From NCBI RefSeq assembly GCF_009914755.1, contig NC_060940.1: a stretch of 64,000 nucleotides of DNA. One strand, given 5' to 3'. Position 1 is the stretch's first letter. Each line of letters starts with the position of its first letter. Below, piece after piece: positions 43,601 through 56,270 of this stretch. The notes under the pieces were generated by a model, which was given only the letters and a program-made list of their open reading frames with translations, was not told the origin of the DNA and searched no databases. The translations under genes and the position numbers were made by a program. The DNA comes from the human T2T-CHM13v2.0 reference genome, Homo sapiens.

Positions 43601-45170
43601 ATTCCATTCGATGATTCCATTCTATTCCATTCGATGACGATTCCATTCGAGTCCATTTAATGATTCCATTGGGTTCAATTCAATGATGATTACATTGGAT
43701 TCTCTTCTATGATACCATTCAATTCCGTTCATTGACAATTTGATTCCATTCGATGATGATTCCATTTGAGTTCATTCGATGATTCTATTCGATTCTCTTC
43801 GATGGTGATTCAATTCTATTATATTGGATGATTCCATTCGATTCCATTTGATGTTGATTCAATTCGATTCTCTTCGATGATGATTCCATTGGATTTCATT
43901 TGATGATTCTATTCGATTCCATTCAATGATGATTCACTTCTCGTCCATTGGATGATTCCATTTCATTCCATTCGATGATGATTCCATTCGATTCCATTCG
44001 ATGATTCCATTTGATTCCATTCGACGGTGAGCAATTCGATTCAATTCCATGATGATTCTATTTGATTCAGTTAGATGATGTTTCCATTCGAATCCATTCC
44101 ATGATTATTCCATTGGAATCCATTCGGCGATGATTCCATATGAGTCAATTCAATGATGATTCCATATGGGTCAGTTCGATGATAATTCCATTTGATTTCA
44201 TTCGATGCTTCTATTCAATTCCAGTCGATGATGATTCCGTTGGAGTCCATACGATGACTCCATTTGATTTCATTTGATGATGATTCCATTCGATTCCATT
44301 CGATGACTCCATTCTGTTCCATTCGATGATGATTCCATTCGAGTCCATTCGATGATTCCATTCGAGTCCATTTCATGATTCCATTGGGTTCAATTCGATG
44401 ATGATTACACTGGATTCCATTCTATGATTCCATTCAATTCCATTCGTTGATGATTCGATTCCATTCAATGATGATTCCATTCGATTCCATTCGGTGATTC
44501 CATTTGATTCCATTCGACGGTGAGCAATTTGATTCAATTCTATAATGATTCTATTTGATTCAATTAGATGATGTTTCCATTCGAATCCATTCGATGATGA
44601 TTCCATTGGTACCCATTCGACGATGATTCCATATGAGTCAATTCGATGATGATTCCATACGAGTCCGTTGGATGATAATTCCATTTGATTTCATTCAATC
44701 CTTCTATTCGATTCCATTTGATGATGATTCCATTTGAATCCATTCTCCGATTCCATTCGATTTCATTCGATGCTTCTATTTGATTTCATTCGAAGATGAT
44801 ACCTTTCAATTCCATTCATTAATTCCATTTGATTCCATTCGATGATGATTCCATCCGATTCCATTGGATGATGATTCCATTCGAGTCCATTCGATGATTC
44901 CGTTCTAATCCATTCTATGATTCCATTCGATTCCATTCAGTGATGATTCCATTTGATTCCATCTGATGATGATTTCATTTGATTCCATTCGATGATGATT
45001 CCATTGGAGTCCATTGAATGATTCAATTCAATTCCATTCCATGTGGATTCCATTCGAATTCATTCGATTATTCCATTCAAATCCCTTCGTTGATTCCATC
45101 TGATTCCACTTGACGATGATTCCATTCAAGTCCAATCGATGATTCCATTAGGTTCCATTCAATGATTCCA
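40620..45170 (+). repeat. Divergent HSat2 segment, largely single-copy in this window, with interleaved pieces collinear with the 6.1-kb unit
   Basis: Contains many variants found nowhere else in the window (e.g. gtcctttcggttattttattagactac ~40951, catttgcggatattcg ~43161, cgtggctatt ~43354). Unit-like pieces lie at ~41395-41480 and ~43500-44280. Confidence 0.8.
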
Positions 45171-46835
45171 TTCGAGTCCATTTATGTATTATATTCGTGT
45201 CCACTTGATGATTCCATTCAATTCCATTTAATGATGATTTCATTTGATTCCATTTGATGATTCAGTTCGATTCCTTACAATGATTCCCTACGATTCCTTT
45301 CTATGATGATTCCATTCGATTCCATTCATTGATGATTCCATTCGACTCCATTCAATGATGATTCCTTTCGATTCCATTTGACGATGTTTCCATTTGAGTC
45401 CATTCGATGATGATTCAATTCAGTTCTGTTCTATTATGAATCCATTCGATTTCATTCAATGCTATTTGATTCCATTCGACGATGATTCCATCTCTTTCCC
45501 TTCGATGATTCCATTTGATTCCATTCAGTGATGATTCCATTTGATTCCATCTGATGATGATTACATTCAATTCCATTCGAAGATGATTCCATTCAATTCC
45601 ACTTGATGATGATTCCGTATGAATCCATTCGCTGATTATTCCATTCGATTCCATTCATTGACGATTCCATTCGATTCCATTCAATGATGATTCTCTTCTA
45701 TTCCATTCGATGATTCCGGTCGATTCCATTCGATGATGATTCCATTAGATTCCATTCGATTGTTGCATTCGATTCCCTTCGATGATGATTCCTTTGAATT
45801 CCATTCGATTATGATTCCGTATGAATCCATTTGATGATTATTCCATTGGATTCCTTTCGATGATGAATCCATTCGATTCCATTTGATGATGTTTCTCATG
45901 TATTCCATTTGATAATTCCTTTCAATTCCCTTCGATGATGATTCTTTCGAGTCAATTCGATGATTCTATTCCATTCCCTTCGATGATGATTCCATTTCAC
46001 TCCATTCGATGATTCCATTCGATTCAATTTGGTGATGATTCAATTCGATGACATTCGATGACTCCATTCAATTTCATTTGATGATGATTACATTCGAGTC
46101 CATTTGATGATTGTATTCCTTTCCTTTTGATGATTATTCCATTCGTGTCTATTCAAAGATTCCATTCTATTCCATTCAATGATGATTCCAATTGATTCCA
46201 TTCAATGATTATGGCTATCGATTCCACTCGTTGATTCCATTTGATTCCATTCGATGATTATTCCGTTAGATTCCATTAGGAGATTCCATTCGATTTTATT
46301 CAATGATTCCAATTGATTCCATTCAATGATGATTCCATTCGACTCCGTTCAGTGATTCCATTTGAGTCCATTTGAGGATTCCATTCGAGTCCATTTGATG
46401 ATTCCATTCTTTTCCATTTGATGATGATTCCATTAGGGTCCATTCAATGATTCCATTCGAGTCCATTCGTTAATGCCTTTCGAGTCCTTTTGATCACTAC
46501 ATTCGAGTCCATTCAATGATTCTATTCGATTCCATTCCATGATGATTCCATTCGAGTTCATTCGATGATTGCATTCGAGTCCATTTGATGATTCCATATG
46601 ATTCCATTCGACAATGATTCCATTCGTGTCCATTTGATGATTCCATTCATTTCCTATCGATGAAGATTCCATTCGAGTGTATTCGATGATTCCATTCAAA
46701 TCCATTCGATGATGATTCCATTCCAGTCCATTCGATCATTCCACTTGATTCCATTTGATGACTATTCCATTCAAATCCATTTGATGATTCCATTCGATTC
46801 CATTCGATGTTACCATTCCAGTATATACGATGATT
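45170..46835 (+). repeat. Non-unit HSat2 block 'E', diverged copy 3 (~196-bp deletion near 45560, +23 bp near 46370)
   Basis: Markers tttatgtattatattcgtgtcc (45181), ccctacgatt, atggctatcg (46211), gatcactac and gtatatacg (46821). Landmark spacings are 380 vs 579, 752 vs 729 and 531 vs 531 relative to copy 1. Confidence 0.85.
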
Positions 46836-49800
46836 CCACTCGATTCCATTTGATGATTATTCCATTGGAGTCCACTTAGTGAATCCTTTAGATTCTACTC
46901 GAAGATGATTCCATTCGAGTCCATTCGATGATACCATTCAATTCCATTCGTTGATGCTTCCATTCAAGTGCATTCGATGATATCATTCGATTCCATTTGA
47001 TGATAATGCCATTTGATTCCATGGGATGATTCTATTCCATTCCATTCAATGATAATTCCATTCAATTCAGTGATTCCTCTGGACTCCATTTGATGATGAT
47101 TCCATTCAATGATTCCATTCGATTCTATTCGAAAATGATTCCATTTGAATCCATTTGATGATGATTCCATTAGATTCCATTTGATGATTCCATTCGATTC
47201 CATTCAACGATGATACCATTCGATTCCATTTGATGATTCCATTCTATTCTATTCGATGATGATTCCATTTGATTCCATTCGATGATGATTGGATTTGATT
47301 CCATTTGATGATTTCATTTGATTCCATTTGATGATGATTTCGATCAATTCCATTCGATGATTCCATTCGATTCCATTCGATAATGATTACATCCGAGTCC
47401 ATTCGATGATTCCATTTGAGCCTGTTCGATAATTCCATTTGAGTCCAATCAATGATTCCATTCATTTCCATTCAATGATTCCATTCGAGTCCATTTGATC
47501 ATTCCGGTAGGGTCCGTTCGATGTTGATTCCATTGGAGTGCATTCGATGATTCCATTCTAGTCCATTTTAGAATTTGATTCGAGTCCTTCCGATGATTCC
47601 ATTCGATTCCACTCGATGCGATGATGATTTCATTCGAGTCCATTCGACACTTCCAATCGATTCCATTTGATGTTTCCATTCGAGTCCAATTGATGATTCC
47701 ATTCAATTCCATTCGATGATGATTCCATACGATTCCATTCTGTGATGATTCCATGTGATTGCATTCAATGATGATTCCTTTCGATTGCATTCGATTATGA
47801 TTCATTTCGTGTTCATTCTATGGTTCCACAGGTTTCCATTCGTGTCCATTCCATTATTCCATTCTATTCCATTTGATGATGATTCCATTCGATTCCATTC
47901 GTTGGTGATTCCACTCAATTCCATTCAATGATTCCATTCCATTTCTTTCAACAATGATTCCATTAGTTTCTAATCGATGATCAACTTGATTCCATTTGAC
48001 GATGATTCCATTCTTGTCCATTCGATGATTCCATTTGATTCCATATGAAGATGATTCCATTCGATTCCATACGATGATGATTCCATTCGAGTCCATTCAA
48101 TGGTGATTCCATTCAATTCCATTCGGTGATTCCTTTCGATTCCATTTGATGATGATGGCATTCGATTCCTTTCAATCATTCCCTTTGATTCCACTCAAAG
48201 GTGATTTCATTCAAGTCCATTCGATAATTGCATTCGATTCCATTCTATGATGATTCCATTGGAGTCCATTTGATGATTCCATTCAATTCAAGTCAATGAT
48301 GATTCCATTCGTTTCCATTCGATGATTCCATTGGATTCCATTCGATGATGATTCCATTCAAATCCATTCAATAATTCAAATCACGTCCATTCGATGATGA
48401 TTCCAATCGAATCCATTCAAAGATTCCATTCAATTCCATTCGATGATTCCCTTAGATTCCATTCGATGATTCCACTTGATTCCATTTACGATGATTCCAT
48501 TCGATTCCATGTGATGATTCCATTCAATTCTATTCAATGATGTTTCCATTTGATTCCATTCGACCATGATTGCCTTTGATTCCATTCAATGATTCCATTC
48601 GGTTCCGTTTGATGATGATTCCGTTCGATTCCATTTGATGATTTCATTTGATTCCATTGGATGAGTCCATTCTATTACATTCGATGATTATTCCATTCGA
48701 GTGCATTAGATGATTCCATTCGAGTCCATTCGATGATTCCATTCGAGTCCACTCGATGATTCCATTCGATTCCATTCGATGTTGATTCTGTTCAAATCCA
48801 TTCGATGATTCCACTCGATTCCACTCGATGACTCCATTTGATCCCATTCGATGATTTCCTTTGATTCCCTTTGATGATCATTCCATTTGATTCAATTCGG
48901 TGATTTCATTGGATTCCATTCAGTGATGTTTCCATTCGACTCCATTCGATGATGATTCCATTCGACTCCATTCGTTTATGATTTCATTCAATTCCATTCG
49001 ATAATGATTCCCTTCGAGTCCATTCAATGATTCCATTCGATTCCATTCAACGATGATTTGATTCGTGTCCATTCGATGATTCCATTTGATTCCACTTGAT
49101 GATGATTCCATTCGAGTCCATTTGATGATTCCATTCAATTCCATTCTCCGATGATTTCTTTTGAGCCCATTCAATGCTTCCACTCGATTCCATATGATGA
49201 CTCCATTTGATGAAATCGGATGATGATTCCATTCGCTTGCATTCGATGATGATTCCACTTGAGTCCGTTAGAAGATTCTATTCAATTACATTCCTTGACG
49301 ATTCCGTTCGAGTCCATTGGATGATTCCATTAGACTCCATTCGACGATGATTCCATTCGATGTTATTCGATGATTCCATTTGATCTCATTCGATGATGAT
49401 TCCATTCAACTCCATTCGATGTTTCCATACGAGTTCATTCTATTATTCCATTAGATTCCATTCGATGATGATTCCAATCGATTCCCTTTGATGATTGCAT
49501 TCTACTTCATTTGATGATGATTCCATTCGAGTCCATTCGATGATTCCACTCGTTTCCATTCCATGATGATTCCATTCCATTCCATTCAATGATTCCATTC
49601 GATTCCGTTTGATGATGATTTCATTCAAGTCCATTTGATGATTCCATTTGATTCCATTCGATGATGATTCCATTCGAGTCCATTCGATGATTCTATTCGA
49701 ATCCATTTGATGATTTCTTTTGATTATATTTGGTGATGATTCCATTGGAGTCCATTCAATGATTCCGTTCGATTCCAATAGATGATGATTCCATTAGAGT

Positions 49801-50449
49801 CCATTTAATGATTCCATTTGATTCCAGTCTCTGATGATTACATTCGAGTCCATACGATGATTCCACTCAATTCCATATGATGATGATTCCATTCGATTCC
49901 GTTCGATGATTCCATTCTATTCTATTCAATGGTGATTCCATTCGAGTACATTAGATGATTCCATTCGATTCCATTCAATGATGATTCTATTTGTGTCCCT
50001 TAGATGATTCCACATGATTCCATTAGATGATGATACTATTTGAGCCCATCCAATGATTCCTTTCGATTCCATTCGATGAGGATTCCATTCGATTGAATTC
50101 ATTGGTGATTCTATTCAATTCAATTCTTTGATTCCATTGCATTCCATTCGACAATGATTCCATTCGATTTCTTTCGATGATTCCACTCGATTCCACTTGA
50201 CATTGATTCCATTCGATTCCATTCAATGATTCCATTTGATTCCAGTGGATGATGATTGCCATCGATTCCATTCGATCACTCCATTCTATTCCATTTGATG
50301 ATGATTACATTCGATTCCATTTGATGATTCCATCTGATTCTATTCGAGGATTCCATTTGATTCCATTCGATGATGATTCCATTCGAGTCCATTCGATGAT
50401 TTCATTCGAGTACATCCAATGATTCCATTCGAGTCCATTTGATGATTCC

Positions 50450-53400
50450 ATTTGATTCCATTTGATAATGATTCTTCTAGAGTCCATTCAATGACTCCAT
50501 TCGAGTCCATTCAACAATTCCATTCGACTCCATTCGATGATTCCATTCGATTCCATTTGATGATTCCATTCGAGTCCATTTAATCATTACAGTCGAGTCC
50601 ATTTGGTGATTCCACTGTTATTCTTTTGATAATGATACCATTCAATTACATTTGATGATGATCCCATTCAATTTCATTTGATGATGATTCCCTTAGAGTC
50701 CATTCGATGATTTCATCCGAGTCCTTTCATTCATTCCATCCGATTTCATTTGATGATGACTCCATTCGTGTCCATTCGATGACTCCACTCGATTCCATTA
50801 GATGATTCCATTGGAGTCCATTTCATTGTTCCATTCGATTCCATTCGATTCGTTTCCAAGATTATTCCATTTGAGTCCATTCGATGATGATTCCATTCCA
50901 TTCCATTCGATGATTCCGTTTGATTCCATTCGATGATTCCATTCGATTCCTTTCTTTGATGATTCCATTCCATTCCATTCAATGATTCCATTCGAATCTA
51001 TTCCATGATGATTCCTTTCGATTCCATTCGCTGATGTTTCCGTTCAATTCCATTCGATGATGATTCCATTCGATTCCATTCATTGAGGATTCCATTTGAT
51101 TCCATTCAATGATGATTCCATTCTGTTCCATTCAATGATTGCATTCAATTCCATTCAATGATTATCCCATTAGAGTAAACTCAACGATTCCATTCAATAC
51201 CATTCTATGATGATTCCTTTTGAGTCCATTCAATGATTTCATTCAAGTCCATTTGATGATTCCTTTCAATTCCATTCTATGATGATTCCATTCGAGTCCA
51301 TTCGATGATTCCATTCGATTGCATTCGATGACTCCATTATATTCCATTCAACGGTGATTCCATTCGAGTCCATTCGATGATTCTATTAGAGTACATTTAA
51401 TGATTGCTTTGTTTTCAATTCGAAGATGATTACATTGGATTCCATTCTATGATACCATTCGATTCCATTCAATGATGATTCCACTCAAATCCATTGGATG
51501 ATTCCATTCGTGTCCATTCGGTGATTTCATTAGATTCCATTAGAGGATGATTCCTTTCGATTCCTTTCGATGATTCCATTCAATTCCATTTGATGATGAT
51601 TCCATTCCAGTCCATATGATCAGTCCATTTGATTTCATTCGATGATGATTCCATTCGATTCCATTCGATGATTCCATTCTATTCCATTCGATGATGATTC
51701 CATTCGAGTCCATTCGATGATTCCATTCGAGTCCATTTAATGATTCCATTGGGTTCAATTCAATGATGATTACATTGGATTCCGTTCTATGATTCCATTC
51801 AATTCCGTTCATTGACAATTTGATTCCATTCGATGATGATTCCATTTGAGTTCATTCGATGATTCTATTCGATTCTCTTCGATGGTGATTCAATTCTATT
51901 ATATTGGATGATTCCATTCGATTCCATTTGATGTTGATTCAATTCGATTCTATTCGATGATGATTCCATTGGATTTCACTTGATGATTCTATTCGATTCC
52001 ATTCAATGATGATTCACTTCTCGTCCATTGGATGATTCCATTTCATTCCATTCGATGATGATTCCTTTCGATTCCATTCGACGATTCCATTTGATTCCAT
52101 TCGACGGTGAGCAATTCGATTCAATTCCATGATGATCCTATTTGATTCAATTAGATGATGTTTCCATTCGAATCCATTCCATGATTATTCCATTGGAATC
52201 CATTCGGCGATGATTCCATATGAGTCAATTCAATGATGATTCCATATGGGTCCGTTCGATGATAATTCCATTTGATTTCATTCGATGCTTCTATTCTATT
52301 CCAGTCGATGATGATTCCGTTGGAGTCCATACGATGATTCCATTTGATTTCATTTGATGATGATTCCATTCGATGATGATTACATTGGATTCCATTCTAT
52401 GATTCCATTCAATTCCATTCGTTGATGATTCGATTCCATTCAATGATGATTCCATTTGAGTTCATTCGATGATTCTCTTCGATTCCGTTCGATGGTGATT
52501 CAATTCTCTTATATTGGATGATTCCACTCGATTCCATTTGATGATTATTCCATTGGAGTCCACTTAGTGAATCCTTTAGATTCTACTCGAAGATGATTCC
52601 ATTCGAGTCCATTCGATGATACCGTTCAATTCCATTCGTTGATGCTTCCATTCAAGTGCATTCGATGATATCATTCGATTCCATTTGATGATAATTCCAT
52701 TTGATTCCATGCGATGATTCTATTCGATTCCATTCAATGATAATTCCATTCAATTCAGTGATTCCTCTGGACTCCATTTGATGATGATTCCATTCAATGA
52801 TTCCATTCGATTCTATTCGAAAATGATTCCATTTGAATCCATTTGACGATGATTCCATTCGATTCCATTTGATGATTCCATTCTATTCTATTCGATGATG
52901 ATTCCATTCGATTCCATTCGATGATGATTGGATTCGATTCCATTTGATGATTTCATTTGATTCCATTCGTTAATGCTTTCGATCAATTCCATTCGATGAT
53001 TCCATTCGATTCCATTCGAAAATGATTACATCCGAGTCCATTCGATGATTCCATTTGAGCCTGTTCGATAATTCCATTTGAGTCCAATCAATGATTCCAT
53101 TCATTTCCATTCAATGATTCCATTCGAGTCCATTTGATCATTCCGGTAGGGTCCATTCGATGTTGATTCCATTGGAGTGCATTCGATGATTCCATTCGAG
53201 TCCATTTTATGATTTGATTCGAGTCCTTTCGATGATTCCATTCGATTCCACTCGATGATGATTTCATTCGAGTCCATTAGACACTTCCAATCGATTCCAT
53301 TTGATGATTCCATTCGAGTCCAATTGATGATTCCATCTGATTCCATTTGATTATGATTCTACTAGAGTCCATTGAATGACTCCATTCGAGTCCATTCAAC

Positions 53401-56270
53401 AATTCCATTCGACTCCATTCGATGATTCCATTCGATTCCATTTGATGATTCCATTTGAGCCCATTTAATCATTACAGTCGAGTCCATGTGGTGATTCCAC
53501 TGGATTTCTTTTGATAATGATACCATTCAATTACATTTGATGATGATCCCATTCAATTTCATTTGATGATGATTCCATTAGAGTCCATTCGATGATTTCA
53601 TTCGAGTCCCTTCATTGATTCCATCCGATTTCATTTCATGATGACTCCATTCGAGTCCATTCGATGATTCCACTCGATTCCATTAGATGATTCCATTGGA
53701 GTCCATTTGATTGTTCCATTCGATTCCATTCGATTCCTTTCGAAGATTATTCCATTTGAGTCCATTCGATGATGATTCCATTCCATTCCATTCGATGATT
53801 CCGTTTGATTCCATTCGATGATTCCCTTCGATTCCTTTCTTTGATGATTCCATTCCATTCCATTCAATGATTCCATTCGAATCTATTCCATGATGATTCC
53901 TTTCGATTCCATTCGCTGATGTTTCCGTTCAATTCCATTCGATGATGATTCCATTCGATTCCATTCATTGAGGATTCCATTTGATTCCATTCAATGATGA
54001 TTCCATTCTATTCCATTCAATGATTGCATTCAATTCCATTCAATGATCATCCGCTTAGAGTAAACTCAACTATTCCATTCAATACCATTCGATGATGATT
54101 CCTTTTGAGTCCATTCAATGATTTCATTCAAGTCCATTTGATGATTCCTTTCAATTCCATTCTATGATGATTCCATTCGAGTCCATTCGATGATTCCATT
54201 CGATTGCATTCGATGATTCCATTATATTCCATTCAACGATGATTCCATTCGAGTCCATTCGATGATTCCATTAGAGTACATTTAATGATTGCTTTGTTTT
54301 CAATTCGAAGATGATTACATTGGATTCCATTCTATGATACCATTCGATTCCATTCAATGATGATTCCACTCAAATCCATTGGATGAGTCCATTCGTGTCC
54401 ATTCGGTGATTTCATTAGATTCCATTCGAGGATGATTCCATTCGATTCCATTCGATGATTCCATTCAATTCCATTCGATGATGATTCCATTCGAGTCCAT
54501 ATGATCATTCCATTTGATTTCATTCGATGATGATTCCATTCGATTCCATTCGATGATTCCATTCTATTCCATTCGATGATGATTCCATTCGAGTCCATTC
54601 GATGATTCCATTCGAGTCCATTTAATGATTCCATTGGGTTCAATTCAATGATGATTACATTGGATTCCGTTCTATGATTCCATTAAATTCCGTTCATTGA
54701 CAATTTGATTCCATTCGATGAAGATTCCATTTGAGTTCATTCGATGATTCTATTCGATTCTCTTCGATGGTGATTCAATTCTATTATATTGGATGATTCC
54801 ATTCGATTCCATTTGATGTTGATTCAATTCGATTCTATTCGATGATGATTCCATTGGATTTCACTTGATGATTCTATTCGATTCCATTCAATGATGATTC
54901 ACTTCTCGTCCATTGGATGATTCCATTTCATTCCATTTGATGATGATTCCGTTCGATTCCATTCGATGATTCCATTTGATTCCATTCGACGGTGAGCAAT
55001 TCGATTCAATTCCATGATGATTCTATTTGATTCAATTAGATGATGTTTCCATTCGAATCCATTCCATGATTATTCCATTGGAATCCATTCGGCGATGATT
55101 CCATATGAGTCAATTCAATGATGATTCGATATGGGTCCGTTCGATGATAATTCCATTTGATTTCATTCGATGCTTCTATTCAATTCCAGTCGATGATGAT
55201 TCCGTTGGAGTCCGCACGATGATTCCATTTGATTTCATTTGATGATGATTCCATTCGATTCCATTCGATGATGATTACATTGGATTCCATTCTATGATTC
55301 CATTCAATTCCATTCGTTGATGATTCGATTCCATTCAATGATGATTCCATTTGAGTTCATTCGATGATTCTATTCGATTCCGTTTGATTGTGATTCAATT
55401 CTATTATATTGGATGATTCCACTCGATTCCATTTGATGATTATTCCATTGGAGTCCACTTAGTGAATCCTTTAGATTCTACTCGAAGATGATTCCATTCG
55501 AGTCCATTCGATGATACCATTCAATTCCATTCGTTGATGCTTCCATTCAAGTGCAGTCGATGATATCATTCGATTCCATTTGATGATAATTCCATTTGAT
55601 TCCATGCGATGATTCTATTCGATTCCATTCAATGATAATTCCATTCAATTCAGTGATTCCTCTGGACTCCATTTGATGATGATTCCATTCAATGATTCCA
55701 TTCGATTCTATTCGAAAATGATTCCATTTGAATCCATTTGATGTTGATTCCATTACATTCCATTTGATGATTCCATTCGATTCCATTCGACGATGATTCC
55801 ATTCGATTCCATTTGATGATTTCATTCTATTCTATTCGATGATGATTCCATTCGATTCCATTCGTTGATGATTGGATTCGATTCCATTTGATGATTTCAT
55901 TTGATTCCATTCGTTAATGCTTTCGATCAATTCCATTCGATGATTCCATTCGATTCCATTCGATAATGATTACATCCGAGTCCATTCGATGATTCCATTT
56001 GAGCCTGTTCGATAATTCCATTTGAGTCCAATCAATGATTCCATTCATTTCCATTCAATGATTCCATTCGAGTCCATTTGATCATTCCGGTAGGGTCCAT
56101 TCGATGTTGATTCCATTGGAGTGCATTCGATGATTCCATTCGAGTCCATTTTAGGATTTGATTCGAGTCCTTTCGATGATTCCGTTCGATTCCACTCGAT
56201 GATGATTTCATTCGAGTCCATTCGACACTTCCAATCGATTCCATTTGATGTTTCCATTCGAGTCCAATTG
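50450..56270 (+). repeat. ~2.9-kb tandem duplication of part of the unit (junction ~53335)
   Basis: At ~53320-53365, caattgatgattccatctgattccatttgattatgattctactagag joins late-unit sequence back to earlier-unit sequence. Landmark offsets are 50746/53631 (2885) and 52652/55547 (2895). Confidence 0.85.

Noticed and set aside
42082-43656. Cluster of longer overlapping ORFs (up to 146 aa) in the divergent segment
   Set aside because: Same satellite-derived peptide vocabulary, open in all three minus frames, so there is no evidence of coding.
40620-45170. Possible mobile-element insertion
   Set aside because: The sequence remains CATTC-based. No Alu, L1 or LTR features, poly(A) tail or target-site duplication were seen.
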